DNA from: Moraxella nasicaprae
Lineage (GTDB): Bacteria; Pseudomonadota; Gammaproteobacteria; Pseudomonadales; Moraxellaceae
NCBI RefSeq assembly: GCF_025643275.1
Contig: NZ_CP089977.1
Location: forward strand, 1,680,001-1,712,000
Reading direction: 5' to 3'
Length of the DNA stretch: 32,000 nucleotides
The number at the start of each line of letters is the position of its first letter. Within the stretch, counting starts at the first letter, position 1. The position numbers and the translations under genes are program-made. Shown here piece by piece: positions 7,223 to 16,738 of the stretch. The notes below the pieces were generated by a model. The model had not been told where the DNA came from. It made no database searches and saw only the letters and a program-made list of their open reading frames with translations.

Positions 7223-7307
7223 GGGGTCGTGGCGAAATTGGTAGACGCACTGGATTTAGGTTCCAGCGGGGCGACCCGTGAGAGTTCGAGTCTCTCCGAC
7301 CCCACCA
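7223..7307 (+). tRNA. tRNA-Leu (anticodon TAG), class II with a long variable arm
   Basis: Acceptor GGGGTCG/CGACCCC, anticodon loop TTTAGGT, variable arm cggggcgacccgt, T arm GAGAG-TTCGAGT-CTCTC, then ACCA. Confidence 0.92.
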
Positions 7308-7318
7308 TTATTAGAAAA

Positions 7319-7346
7319 AACCAGCTTTTGTAGGCTGGTTTTTTTT
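7319..7346 (+). terminator. Rho-independent terminator of tRNA-Leu
   Basis: An aaccagc / gctggtt stem followed by T8. Confidence 0.7.
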
Positions 7347-7584
7347 GTGCTAAAATTTTCTATTTTCCCTCCTTAACACTCTTCATTTGGCGATATTTAA
7401 ACAAGGTTAGGCGTTTTTTTAACGACTTTCATTGGCATCGTTCTATTTTTATAAAAATAATGACTGCTGGGTCATTTTATTTGCCTTGTACATCGTGGAT
7501 AATTGGCTTATTTTATTCATCATCGGCTTGTTTGATGATTGATTGGTAATATTGTTTAACCCATTGATTTATAAGGAAATAAAT

Positions 7585-9360
7585 ATGTCTCTCATTTATA
7601 CTGCACCCCTTGATGAAATGCGTTTTACGCTAAAAGAAGTGTTTCATGCTGCACAATTTTGGGCAACAACACCCAAACTTGACCATATGGACATGGATAC
7701 GGTGGAAATGATTTTGGAGGAAATGGCTCATTTTGCCACAAAGGTGTTACTGCCACTCAATCAGTCAGGCGATGCACAAGGGGCAAGATATTTGGGCGAT
7801 GGTCAGGTGGCTGTGCCTGATGGTTTTCAAGAGGCGTTTCGGCAGTATGCACAGGCGGGTTGGATTGGGCTTGGTGGCGATGTTGCCTATGGCGGTCAGG
7901 GCATGCCAAAGATGGTAACGATGCTGACCGAAGAGATGCTTTTTACCACCAATCAGTCCTTTGCCTTATATCCAAACTTAACCATTGGTGCAAGCATTTG
8001 CTTGCTTGCCGCTGCCAGCGATGAGCAAAAACAGCGATATTTACATAAGCTGTATGCAGGCGAATGGACAGGAACAATGTGCTTGACAGAGGCTCATGCA
8101 GGGACGGATTTGGGCATGATTAAGACCAAAGCCACACCCAATGATGATGGTAGCTACACTATTACAGGCACTAAGATTTTTATCACAGGCGGTGAGCATG
8201 ATTTGAGTGAGAATATCATTCATCTGGTGCTTGCCAAAACACCCAATGCACCTGCTGGTTCTAAGGGGATTTCATTGTTTATTGTGCCAAAATTTTTGGT
8301 GAACGATGATGGTTCTTTGGGCAGACGAAATGGCGTGCAGGCAGGCTCTATTGAACACAAGATGGGGATTAAGGCATCAGCCACTTGCGTGATGAATTTT
8401 GATGGGGCGATAGGTTTTTTGGTGGGTGAAGAAAATGCAGGACTTGCTGCCATGTTTGTGATGATGAATTATGAGCGAGTGACCATGGGCTTGCAGGGGC
8501 TTGGAGCAAGTGTCTTGGCTTATCAAAATGCCACCGCCTACGCCCAAGACCGCCTACAAGGACGCCATGACACTGGTGTAGCCAATCCTCAAAAAAATGC
8601 CGACCCTATTGTTGGTTTTGCTGATGTTCGCAGAATGCTGCTTAATGCCAAAGCCAATAGTGTAGCGGCTCGCACTTTTGCGATGTATGTGGCAAAGCAT
8701 TTAGACATTGCTAAGTTTGGTCAGCAAATAGAGGAGCGGCAGCGTGCATCAGCAAAGGTGGCATTATTAACCCCTGTTTGTAAGGCTTTTTTGACAGATA
8801 AGGCTTTTGAGGCGGTGGTGGAGTGTCAGCAGGTATTTGGCGGGCATGGATATGTGACCGAATGGGGTATGGAGCAGATTGTTCGTGATACTCGTATTGC
8901 TCAGATTTATGAGGGGACAAATGGCATTCAGGCATTGGATTTGCTTGGACGAAAAGTGGTCAAAGATGGTGGGGTGTCGATGATGGCATTTTTGGACGAA
9001 ATCCAAGAGGATTGTCAGCGTGCCAAACACCAGCATGGCATCGTAACAGCCTTAATGAAAGCGGTACAAGAGGTGCGTGCATTGACGCAGCATTTGTGTG
9101 ATGTGGTCAAGCAAGATAAACACGCCATCAATGCCAGTGCGGTCAATTATCTGCATACGGTGGGCTATTTATGCTATGCCTATATGTATTTATTGGTGGT
9201 TGATGCCAGTCATCATAAAGAAGGCGAGTTTTATGACAGCAGACGAGCGTTGGCAGATTATTTTGTGGCACAGCAATTACCCAGATTATTTTGCCATGCA
9301 CAGATGGCACGGGTAGATTCTGCCACCATGATGACATTTGATTCGTCATTTTTTGTTTGA
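7585..9360 (+). CDS. Long-form acyl-CoA dehydrogenase (~591 aa, FadE/AcdH-like with an extra C-terminal domain)
   Basis: The ACAD core is visible: WTGTMCLTEAHAGTDLG, KIFITGGEHD, and QVFGGHGYVTEWGMEQIVRDTRIAQIYEGTNGIQ. I chose the ATG at 7585, which has AAGGA upstream. Confidence 0.85.
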   Translation: MSLIYTAPLDEMRFTLKEVFHAAQFWATTPKLDHMDMDTVEMILEEMAHFATKVLLPLNQSGDAQGARYLGDGQVAVPDGFQEAFRQYAQAGWIGLGGDVAYGGQGMPKMVTMLTEEMLFTTNQSFALYPNLTIGASICLLAAASDEQKQRYLHKLYAGEWTGTMCLTEAHAGTDLGMIKTKATPNDDGSYTITGTKIFITGGEHDLSENIIHLVLAKTPNAPAGSKGISLFIVPKFLVNDDGSLGRRNGVQAGSIEHKMGIKASATCVMNFDGAIGFLVGEENAGLAAMFVMMNYERVTMGLQGLGASVLAYQNATAYAQDRLQGRHDTGVANPQKNADPIVGFADVRRMLLNAKANSVAARTFAMYVAKHLDIAKFGQQIEERQRASAKVALLTPVCKAFLTDKAFEAVVECQQVFGGHGYVTEWGMEQIVRDTRIAQIYEGTNGIQALDLLGRKVVKDGGVSMMAFLDEIQEDCQRAKHQHGIVTALMKAVQEVRALTQHLCDVVKQDKHAINASAVNYLHTVGYLCYAYMYLLVVDASHHKEGEFYDSRRALADYFVAQQLPRLFCHAQMARVDSATMMTFDSSFFV

Positions 9361-9620
9361 TAAAACATCACACCCAAAAGCATTGTTTAGAGGGTCTAAA
9401 TGTGATGATTTTTTGATACAAAATTACTTTCAAATTTACCAACAATTATTTGGCAAATGAGCATATCTGTGTTAAATTGTCTGCCATATTTGCAAATGGT
9501 GTATTGATTGCTGATGGATTTTTTGGACAAAAAGCGGTTTGATTAACCACAAACAGCGACTTGACCAACTTGGCAAATCAATACACCTTTTTGTTTTTTT
9601 ATATTTGGTGGAGTGCAAGC

Positions 9621-11873
9621 GTGTCTTTTCAAACAGCAGAATTGCAACATATTTTACAACACATTGTGATGCTCAAAGAGCTACCAGAGCCTGAATCGCT
9701 CAAACGGTTGGTTGATTTTTTGCGTGTCGATGTAGAAGATGTCGAGGGTGCGAACGAACGCATTGATGTGTTGATTAACATGCTAAAAAATAATCCTGAC
9801 TACGGAGAGGGTTTGGCGGCATTTATTTTGCGTCTTATCTTTCAATACCGCCAAATTCCGCTATACACAGATACAGGTATTGCCTCAGATGAGACCTTTT
9901 CAAACAGCGTCTTTCGTTTGATTGGGCATCGATTTTTGCCATTATTGCCAAATGAAGAATTGGTGGTAGAGCTTGCCAATTTTATTTTTAGCAAAAAAAG
10001 CGATTGGCGTTGGCTTGCCAATATCCAAGAGGAAAAATGGGACGAGCTGGTCAATCTGGTGCAGGTCAATCCTTGTGATTTGGGCTTGGTTGCTCCCATC
10101 AAAAACAACATTCTAAATGCGATTGTGATTCTATCTTATCGTATCAGTGGCATGGGATTGCATGCTGAGTTGATGGAGTTTTATCCAGAGCTGCTTAACC
10201 ATTCAGCGTCATTTGTCGCCCAAAATCAAGAAGCGATTTTGTTTGTCAATCAGTATCGTGCCTTGCATCAGTTGGACGATTTGACCGATACAATGCCTGA
10301 GCAAGACATTGACCCAGCACCGCTACTGGTGATGCTTGAACAATGTGAAGAGATTGTGATTAGTGTGCGAAAGCGAGTGTACAAAACAGGCATTTCGATT
10401 CGCATGACCAATCTGCTGGTGCGTTTGGAGCAAAGCATTCATCGAATGCAGATTTTGATTGAACTGATTACCGACAAGGACCAAAATCGAGATAAGGCGG
10501 TGGTTGAATTGATGACCCAAGTGGTCAAAGCTGCTAAGACTCGCTATACTTTTGCTTCTTTGATTGAGAATAATACCAAGCTACTTTCTCGCAAAATCAC
10601 CGAAAATTCTGGGCGTGTGGGTGAGCATTATATCGGCACGGATAGGGCAGCGTATTGGCGTATGTATCGCAAGGCGGCGATTGGCGGACTGTTTATTGGT
10701 TTTATGGCAACGCTCAAAACGCTGGCATATCATCTGGCATTAGCACCGATTGGCAGGGCTTTTGTGAACAGTATGATTTATGGTTTGGGCTTTGTGTTTA
10801 TCCATATCGCCAAAGGAACGGTGGCAACCAAGCAGCCTGCGATGACGGCAGCGGCGATTGCCTCGACCATTTCTGATGGTTCTGGCAAAAAAGCCAAACA
10901 GCTATCTAAACTTGCTGAATTGATTGTGGATATTTTTCGTACCCAATTCATTGCCATTTTGGGCAATATTTCGGTGGCGATGCCTGTGGCATTCTTGATT
11001 GCCTATACTTGGGGCTATCTACATGATACGCCAATGATTGATGGCAAGATGGCGGCACATTTGTTGCATGATTTACACCCATTGGCTTCTTTGTCTTTGC
11101 CACACGCAGCGATTGCTGGGGTATTTTTGTTTTTTTCAGGGTTGATTGCTGGCTATTATGACAACTTAGCGGCCTACAATCATATTGGCGAACGCATTCG
11201 CAGACATGCTTTGCTTGCCAAGATTTTGCCGACTCGTTGGCAGGAGCGACTGGGCGGTTTTGTCGAAGCAAATCTGGGGGCAATCATGGGCAACTTTATT
11301 TTTGGTTGTTTTTTGGGTAGTACCGCCACACTGGGTTATATGCTGGGTCTGCCTTTGGACATTCGCCATATTGCCTTTGCGTCGGCAAACTTTGTACATG
11401 GTGTCTATTATCTATCGCCCAGCGATTTGGATTGGCAAGTCATCAGTATCTCATTCATCGGTGTAATTTTGATTGGCTTGGTCAATTTATTGGTGAGTTT
11501 TTCGCTGGCATTGATGGTGGCATTACGCTCCAAAGAGGTCAAAATTTTTGAATGGAAAAAACTAAACAGCATGGTGTTTGGTCATTTTTTGACTCGCCCT
11601 TGGGACTTTTTTTGGCCACGCAAAGAATCGGTCAGTTATGCCAAAATCACCACCGATGGTGAGATGATTTTTGAGGAGCAGTCAGAAACCAAAGAGACCA
11701 GATTCTTTTCTGATGCCATCATTCGTCGATTGGGCTTTAAGCCAAAAGTAGAGCCAGAACCTACCGAGCCAGTGGTTGAGGATAAAGGGGAGTTTTCTGA
11801 TATTCAGGTGGAAGAGCCGCAAAATGTCAATCCCTTGCCTAAGCCTGCCAACCCACCAAAACTGCCAAAATAA
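9621..11873 (+). CDS. Polytopic membrane protein of the family annotated as site-specific recombinase (Gcr type)
   Basis: The N-terminal soluble region (YTDTGIASDETFSNSVFRLIGHRFLPLLPNEE...DWRWL) matches my memory of this family. The C-terminal half has multiple hydrophobic helices, and the tail is acidic and Pro-rich. My preferred start is the GTG at 9621 (GGTGGAG 7 nt upstream); the track start is the TTG at 9561. Confidence 0.6.
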   Translation: MSFQTAELQHILQHIVMLKELPEPESLKRLVDFLRVDVEDVEGANERIDVLINMLKNNPDYGEGLAAFILRLIFQYRQIPLYTDTGIASDETFSNSVFRLIGHRFLPLLPNEELVVELANFIFSKKSDWRWLANIQEEKWDELVNLVQVNPCDLGLVAPIKNNILNAIVILSYRISGMGLHAELMEFYPELLNHSASFVAQNQEAILFVNQYRALHQLDDLTDTMPEQDIDPAPLLVMLEQCEEIVISVRKRVYKTGISIRMTNLLVRLEQSIHRMQILIELITDKDQNRDKAVVELMTQVVKAAKTRYTFASLIENNTKLLSRKITENSGRVGEHYIGTDRAAYWRMYRKAAIGGLFIGFMATLKTLAYHLALAPIGRAFVNSMIYGLGFVFIHIAKGTVATKQPAMTAAAIASTISDGSGKKAKQLSKLAELIVDIFRTQFIAILGNISVAMPVAFLIAYTWGYLHDTPMIDGKMAAHLLHDLHPLASLSLPHAAIAGVFLFFSGLIAGYYDNLAAYNHIGERIRRHALLAKILPTRWQERLGGFVEANLGAIMGNFIFGCFLGSTATLGYMLGLPLDIRHIAFASANFVHGVYYLSPSDLDWQVISISFIGVILIGLVNLLVSFSLALMVALRSKEVKIFEWKKLNSMVFGHFLTRPWDFFWPRKESVSYAKITTDGEMIFEEQSETKETRFFSDAIIRRLGFKPKVEPEPTEPVVEDKGEFSDIQVEEPQNVNPLPKPANPPKLPK

Positions 11874-11892
11874 GACCACATGGTCAGATGAT

Positions 11893-11924
11893 AAAAAAAC
11901 CGTCAAAGATTGACGGTTTTTTTT
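11893..11924 (+). terminator. Rho-independent terminator (A-run/T-run flanked, potentially bidirectional)
   Basis: aaccgtca / aagat / tgacggtt, followed by T8. Confidence 0.7.
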
Positions 11925-11996
11925 GTTGATTGGGTAGGGTGGCTGATGACATCTGTATGATGTGACTGATGAGCCTGTCAATCGGCATGAGTAAAG

Positions 11997-12033
11997 ATAA
12001 AAAAACACCGCCAATATGGACGGTGTTTTTTTG
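11997..12033 (-). terminator. Likely terminator of lldD
   Basis: An acaccg / cggtgt stem with a 10-nt loop, followed on the minus strand by T7, starting 5 nt after the lldD stop. Confidence 0.55.
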
Positions 12034-12037
12034 GTCA

Positions 12038-13246
12038 TTACCAACGCACAGGACTGATGTGTGGGTCAGCCACTTTTAGGTTTTCATAAGTGCCTTTGAC
12101 AAAGATGTCAGGATTGACGGTATTGATGTTGGTGTGACCGCAGAATGCCATGGTGATGTCGCATTCTTTATAGATGATTTCTAAGGCACGACGCACGCCA
12201 TCTTCGCCATACGCACCCAAGCCATACAAGAATGAACGACCAATCATCGTGCCTTTTGCACCCAAAGCGATGGCTTTTAGGACATCTTGACCTGAGCGAA
12301 TACCGCTATCTAGCCAGATTTCACAGTTTGAGTTTTCTGCTTGTACTGCTTGTACGCAGTCAGATAGAGCAGCGATAGAGCTTGGTGCACCATCAAGCTG
12401 ACGACCACCATGATTGGAGATGACCATCGCATCTGCCCCTGATTTGGCTGCCAAAATCGCATCTTCTGGCTCCATGATGCCTTTGATGATGAGTGGACCG
12501 CCCCATAGGTCTTTAATGCGAGCCACATCGTCCCAGTTTAGGCTTGGGTCAAACTGTTCTGATGTCCATGATGATAGGCTTGACAAATCACCCACGCCCT
12601 CAGCATGTCCGACAATATTGCGGAAAGTGTGGCGTTTTGTGCCAAGCATATTAAAGCACCATTCTGGCTTGGTCATCAGGTTTAGGATATTTTTTAGGGT
12701 TGGCTTTGGTGGTGCAGACAGACCGTTTTTGATGTCTTTATGGCGTTGTCCTAAGACCTGCAAATCTGCCGTCAAAATCAATGCTGAACAGTTGGCATCT
12801 TTGGCACGGCGGATTAGATTTTCCATGAACTTTTTGTCTTTCATGACATACAGCTGGAACCAAAAGGGCTTGCTGGTATTCTCAGCCACATCTTCGATGG
12901 AGCAGATGCTCATCGTTGATAAAGAAAAGGGAATGCCAAATTTTTCGGCAGCACGAGCAGCGTGAATCTCGCCATCTGCCCACATCATGCCTGTAAAACC
13001 TGTTGGAGCGATTGCCACAGGCATATGCACATCTTGACCAATCATCTTAGTGGCAAGCGAGCGACCTTCCATATCAACCAGTACACGCTGGCGTAGCTTG
13101 ATGCGGTCAAAGTCGGTTTCGTTATTACGATAAGTGGTCTGTGTCCAAGAACCGCTATCTACATAGTCATAAAACATGCGAGGAACTTTACGCTCAGCAA
13201 TGCGGCGTAAGTCTTCAATCTCGGTAATTTTGCTTAGGTCAGCCAT
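12038..13246 (-). CDS. lldD: FMN-dependent alpha-hydroxy-acid (L-lactate) dehydrogenase
   Basis: Full-length alpha-hydroxy-acid oxidase family signature: PVAIAPTG, SLSTMS, WFQLY, and SNHGGRQLDG with the catalytic His. It is adjacent to a lactate permease gene. Confidence 0.85.
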   Translation of the reverse strand: MADLSKITEIEDLRRIAERKVPRMFYDYVDSGSWTQTTYRNNETDFDRIKLRQRVLVDMEGRSLATKMIGQDVHMPVAIAPTGFTGMMWADGEIHAARAAEKFGIPFSLSTMSICSIEDVAENTSKPFWFQLYVMKDKKFMENLIRRAKDANCSALILTADLQVLGQRHKDIKNGLSAPPKPTLKNILNLMTKPEWCFNMLGTKRHTFRNIVGHAEGVGDLSSLSSWTSEQFDPSLNWDDVARIKDLWGGPLIIKGIMEPEDAILAAKSGADAMVISNHGGRQLDGAPSSIAALSDCVQAVQAENSNCEIWLDSGIRSGQDVLKAIALGAKGTMIGRSFLYGLGAYGEDGVRRALEIIYKECDITMAFCGHTNINTVNPDIFVKGTYENLKVADPHISPVRW

Positions 13247-13428
13247 AGAGTATCTCTTTTGTTGTTGTGAGTTTTTGTTTGATAAAAATCAATGCAAACT
13301 GGTATATTTTACAACTTTTTTACCCAAAACAGAATAGCGATGAGGCTTGTTTTTTGTGGTTTTTTGGATTATTTTGCCTATTTGTCAAGGCGTTGATGGT
13401 TTTTTGTTCAGGCTAATGGAGTGGGTAA

Positions 13429-13461
13429 ATAAAAAATAGGCTTGGATTGACCAAGCCTATT
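13429..13461 (-). terminator. Rho-independent terminator after lctP
   Basis: aataggcttgg / ccaagcctatt, an 11-bp stem with a 5-nt loop, followed on the minus strand by TTTTTTATTT. Confidence 0.65.
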
Positions 13462-13479
13462 TTGGGTGTGTTAGAGCTA

Positions 13480-15222
13480 TTAGGCTTTTGCACCTGTTTT
13501 GCTCATCACGGTTAGGAAGAGAATTGGCCAGATGACTGCACCAACCCACCATACTGGGTTAAAGATGATTGCCATGCCAATCAGACCTGCTTGGATTGCG
13601 TAATAGGTCATGGCAATGATGGTCTTACGAATAATCAGACCCTCTTTATTGACCATACCAACCACCGCACAGGCAGCCACGACATTATGCACGCTAATCA
13701 TGTTACCTGCTGCACCACCAACGGCTTGCAAGGCAACCACATAGGCAGCCAAATGATTGTCAAGACCAATTTGCAGAGCAGTACTCCATTGGAAGTTGGC
13801 AAACATCATGTTTGATACAGTGTTCGAACCTGCGATGAATGCACCTAACGCACCAATCCAAGCGGCAAATAGTGGCCAAGCACTTTCAAATAAATCGGCA
13901 GCACTGTGTGCCAATACCTGTGGCATTGCCAATAGCTGTGTGGCAGCTTCTGGGGCAGATGCTGAGTTGATGAATACTTGCACCATTGGCACAGAAAACA
14001 GTAGGGCGGGAGCAGCAGCCAACATGGTTTTGCCAGAGGCTTTCCAGCTTTCTTTGACGCTATCGCCTTTCATGGCAAAGATGAAGATGCACACGATAGA
14101 TACCAATAGTAGTACCGTGCCTGGCGAATACAGTAGCTGAGTTTTGCTGGTGATTTTAGTACCGAACAAATCGCTAAATACAATGACGGCATGATTATTT
14201 AGCCAGTCTTTTAGCGGAGCGATGGTACGAGTGGCAACCAAAATAGCAATCACTAATAGATAAGGCGAGAATGCTTTTAGCAATGAGAAATTTGCTTTGG
14301 TTTCACTGTTGGCATCTGGTGGTGGTAAAGTGCCCAACCAGTCCTGCTCCCACTTGTCTCGTGCAGCAAAATCAAAGGTTTCTTTTGGTGTCAAAAAGCC
14401 TGCTTTGGCAGCTGGCACGACAATCGCCAGACCAACAACCGCACCTAAGAGCGATGGCAGCTCTGGACCGACCAATTTGGCAGTCAGTGCATACGGAATG
14501 GTAAAAGCAAGACCTGCAAAGATGGCAAATGGTGCTGCTTTTAGACCTTCGGTAAATGAGCGTTTTTCGCCAAAGAATCGAGTTAGGAAACCGCACAAAA
14601 TTAGTGGAATCAAAGTACCGATGATGGCGTGAATCACACCAACATTACCGCCGATTTGGATTAGGTAGTCAGACAGTTGCATTGGTGCAATGGCAGAATG
14701 AACGGTTTCGTTATCCAAGCCTGTTTTGACACCCAGTAGAATCGGAGTGCCGACCGCACCATAAGAAACTGGCGTAGATTGGATAACAAGCATTGCCATG
14801 ACCGATGCCATCGCAGGAAAGCCCAGTGCCAGTAGCAAAGGTGCACCAACGGCTGATGGTGTACCCCAACCTGTCGAACCTTCGATAAGGCAGCCAAACA
14901 GCCATGCCACAATAATCATCTGCACACGACGGTCAGGCGAAATGTCCATAAAGCCTTGACGAATGACATTGATAGCACCGCTTGCTTTTAGGGTATTTAG
15001 TAGTAGTACAGCAGTAAAAACAATGAACAAAACATTGATGGCGGTCAGTACGCCATTGGTGGTGGCAGCAGCAATTTGGTTAAATGGGGCTTGCCAAACA
15101 AACAGTGCCAATAAGGCGGTAACGACATACGCCACGCTCATGGCGATTTTTGCAGGTAGTCGCATCACGACCAATAATGCGAATACGACTATGATTGGCA
15201 TCAATGCCAAAAAAGTATGCAT
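13480..15222 (-). CDS. lctP: L-lactate permease (LctP/LldP family)
   Basis: A 580-aa highly hydrophobic protein whose N-terminus and length are typical of LctP. AAGGAG lies 5 nt upstream of the ATG. Confidence 0.9.
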   Translation of the reverse strand: MHTFLALMPIIVVFALLVVMRLPAKIAMSVAYVVTALLALFVWQAPFNQIAAATTNGVLTAINVLFIVFTAVLLLNTLKASGAINVIRQGFMDISPDRRVQMIIVAWLFGCLIEGSTGWGTPSAVGAPLLLALGFPAMASVMAMLVIQSTPVSYGAVGTPILLGVKTGLDNETVHSAIAPMQLSDYLIQIGGNVGVIHAIIGTLIPLILCGFLTRFFGEKRSFTEGLKAAPFAIFAGLAFTIPYALTAKLVGPELPSLLGAVVGLAIVVPAAKAGFLTPKETFDFAARDKWEQDWLGTLPPPDANSETKANFSLLKAFSPYLLVIAILVATRTIAPLKDWLNNHAVIVFSDLFGTKITSKTQLLYSPGTVLLLVSIVCIFIFAMKGDSVKESWKASGKTMLAAAPALLFSVPMVQVFINSASAPEAATQLLAMPQVLAHSAADLFESAWPLFAAWIGALGAFIAGSNTVSNMMFANFQWSTALQIGLDNHLAAYVVALQAVGGAAGNMISVHNVVAACAVVGMVNKEGLIIRKTIIAMTYYAIQAGLIGMAIIFNPVWWVGAVIWPILFLTVMSKTGAKA

Positions 15223-15243
15223 AAACGCTCCTTAGAATATATT

Positions 15244-15272
15244 TGTATAAGAAAAGACAGTTTGCTTATCAA
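15244..15272 (-). promoter_or_regulatory. Candidate promoter of lctP
   Basis: On the minus strand: TTGATA, a 17-bp spacer, TATACA, about 20 nt upstream of the RBS. Confidence 0.4.
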
Positions 15273-15310
15273 TAATTATTGTTAAAATTATTTGCCAGTC
15301 AAAACAGCCT

Positions 15311-15367
15311 AAAAAATAAAAAAACACAACAAAATCTCATCTGCCTTTGGCAAGATGAGTGTTGTGT
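15311..15367 (-). terminator. Compound hairpin terminator downstream of the glutaredoxin-like gene
   Basis: An outer stem acacaaca/tgttgtgt and an inner stem ctcatct/agatgag, followed on the minus strand by T7ATTTTTT. Confidence 0.6.
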
Positions 15368-15555
15368 CCGTCCTGATTGTTAAAATCATCACAATTTTAC
15401 AACCTTGATTGACAAAAAGAAATACTTTTTAATTATGATAATATTTGATATATTGTGGTTATTTATCGGATTTAACGATATAATCATCAAAATTTAACCA
15501 AAAATCCCATCTTGGTATGTGATTTAGTTTCTTTTGACTAAAAATCATACAAATT

Positions 15556-15948
15556 TTATGATGGCTTGTGAGTTGATAAAAGTTTGATGATGTCCAGCAC
15601 TCCAAAAGGATAGCAAAGTAGTTGCATGGGCGTAACCAAGATGGGAATAAGCGTCCCAAGTGTGTCAATCAGTCTTGGGTCGTGACTGTCTGCTAAGTCT
15701 AGTTTGATGATGGTGGGTGGGTGTGGTGCGGTGTGGCTGGCGGTGTGTATCGTGTGCCAAGCGGTGTCGCAAAGATGACAGCCGTCTGTACCGATGAGTA
15801 GCCAGTCTGATGATGAGTGCGGTGCTGATAAAGCGTGCATCAAATATTGACGAACATCATCAAAACCCTGATGTTGTCGAGTCAGAGCGAAACGGTCTTG
15901 GGAGAGTTTGGCAAGTTGGGTAAGGGGCGATGGCGTTTGAGTGGGCAT
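15556..15948 (-). CDS. Glutaredoxin-like protein (DUF836 type) with an N-terminal extension
   Basis: A CxxC motif in LLIGTDGCHLCDTAW, plus the C-terminal IPILV...CYPFGVLDIIKLL typical of DUF836. The start is uncertain (ATG at 15948 or an internal Met). Confidence 0.55.
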   Translation of the reverse strand: MPTQTPSPLTQLAKLSQDRFALTRQHQGFDDVRQYLMHALSAPHSSSDWLLIGTDGCHLCDTAWHTIHTASHTAPHPPTIIKLDLADSHDPRLIDTLGTLIPILVTPMQLLCYPFGVLDIIKLLSTHKPS

Positions 15949-15974
15949 ATCAAAAATAAAACTATACAAAAATC

Positions 15975-16706
15975 ATGGGATTGGGTATGATACTTGGGGT
16001 TATCAATTGGAGTTATTGTAGCGTGTTTCGGTTGATTTTTAAATGGGTGCTTGCACCGTTTTTGGTGCTGTTCTTGGGTTTTCATGTATTGGTGGCGGTA
16101 CTGCTGGCGGTGTGGAGTGTCATGCCTGTGCAGCAGACGGCATTTATGCTAAGCCATCGCTTACACGGTGGTAGCATCAGCCATCAATGGGTGGATTATC
16201 AGCACATTGCCAAATCAGCCAAACAAGCAAGCATTGCCAGCGAAGATGCCAAATTTGCCAGCCATCATGGTTTTGATTTTCAAAGCATTCAAGCCGCCAA
16301 GCAAGCCAATGAAGCAGCAGGGGCGGTGTCGGTGGGTGGCTCGACCATCAGTCAGCAGCTTGCCAAAAATCTATTTTTGACCTCGCATCGCTCCTACATT
16401 CGTAAGGGCGAAGAGGCCATTATTACGGTGATGATGGAGCAGTTTTGGTCAAAAAAACGCATTTTGGAGGTGTATCTAAATGTCGTGGAATTTGGCGAGG
16501 GCATTTATGGCATTGAGATGGCGGCTCAGCATTATTTTGGTAAATCTGCCGCCAAACTTAGTCGTGAAGAATCGGCACTACTCATCAGTCTGCTGCCCAA
16601 TCCCAAATACTATGGCAAAAATCTACACGCAAAACGCCTAAGAAATAAACAAAAAATCATTTTAAGGCGTATGAACACGGCTGTTTTGCCAGCCAATCCA
16701 TCATAA
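15975..16706 (+). CDS. mtgA: Monofunctional biosynthetic peptidoglycan transglycosylase
   Basis: GT51 motifs: ASEDAKFASHHGFD, GGSTISQQLAKNLFL, and RKGEEAIITVMMEQFWSKKRILEVYLNVVEFGEGIYGIE. It has an N-terminal TM anchor. Confidence 0.9.
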   Translation: MGLGMILGVINWSYCSVFRLIFKWVLAPFLVLFLGFHVLVAVLLAVWSVMPVQQTAFMLSHRLHGGSISHQWVDYQHIAKSAKQASIASEDAKFASHHGFDFQSIQAAKQANEAAGAVSVGGSTISQQLAKNLFLTSHRSYIRKGEEAIITVMMEQFWSKKRILEVYLNVVEFGEGIYGIEMAAQHYFGKSAAKLSREESALLISLLPNPKYYGKNLHAKRLRNKQKIILRRMNTAVLPANPS

Positions 16707-16738
16707 TTTAAGTTGCAGTACAACAAAAAGGATAGCTC

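Noticed and set aside
9561-9620. The TTG start of the track ORF for the Gcr-type protein, and the similar upstream alternative starts for thiI (19443), ychF (28892), the acyl-CoA dehydrogenase (7543) and the cyclophilin-like gene (30241)
   Set aside because: The N-terminal extensions are not supported by homology to known N-termini. Downstream ATG or GTG codons have better Shine-Dalgarno spacing.
11682-12044. A 120-aa minus-strand ORF spanning the gcr-lldD intergenic region
   Set aside because: It runs through two terminator hairpins and overlaps the 3' end of the Gcr-type gene. It has no RBS or motifs.
12414-12965. A 183-aa plus-strand ORF antisense to lldD, plus several 60-130-aa ORFs antisense to lctP (13591-15235)
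   Set aside because: The sense frames encode complete, motif-bearing LldD and LctP. The antisense ORFs lack an RBS and have skewed composition.
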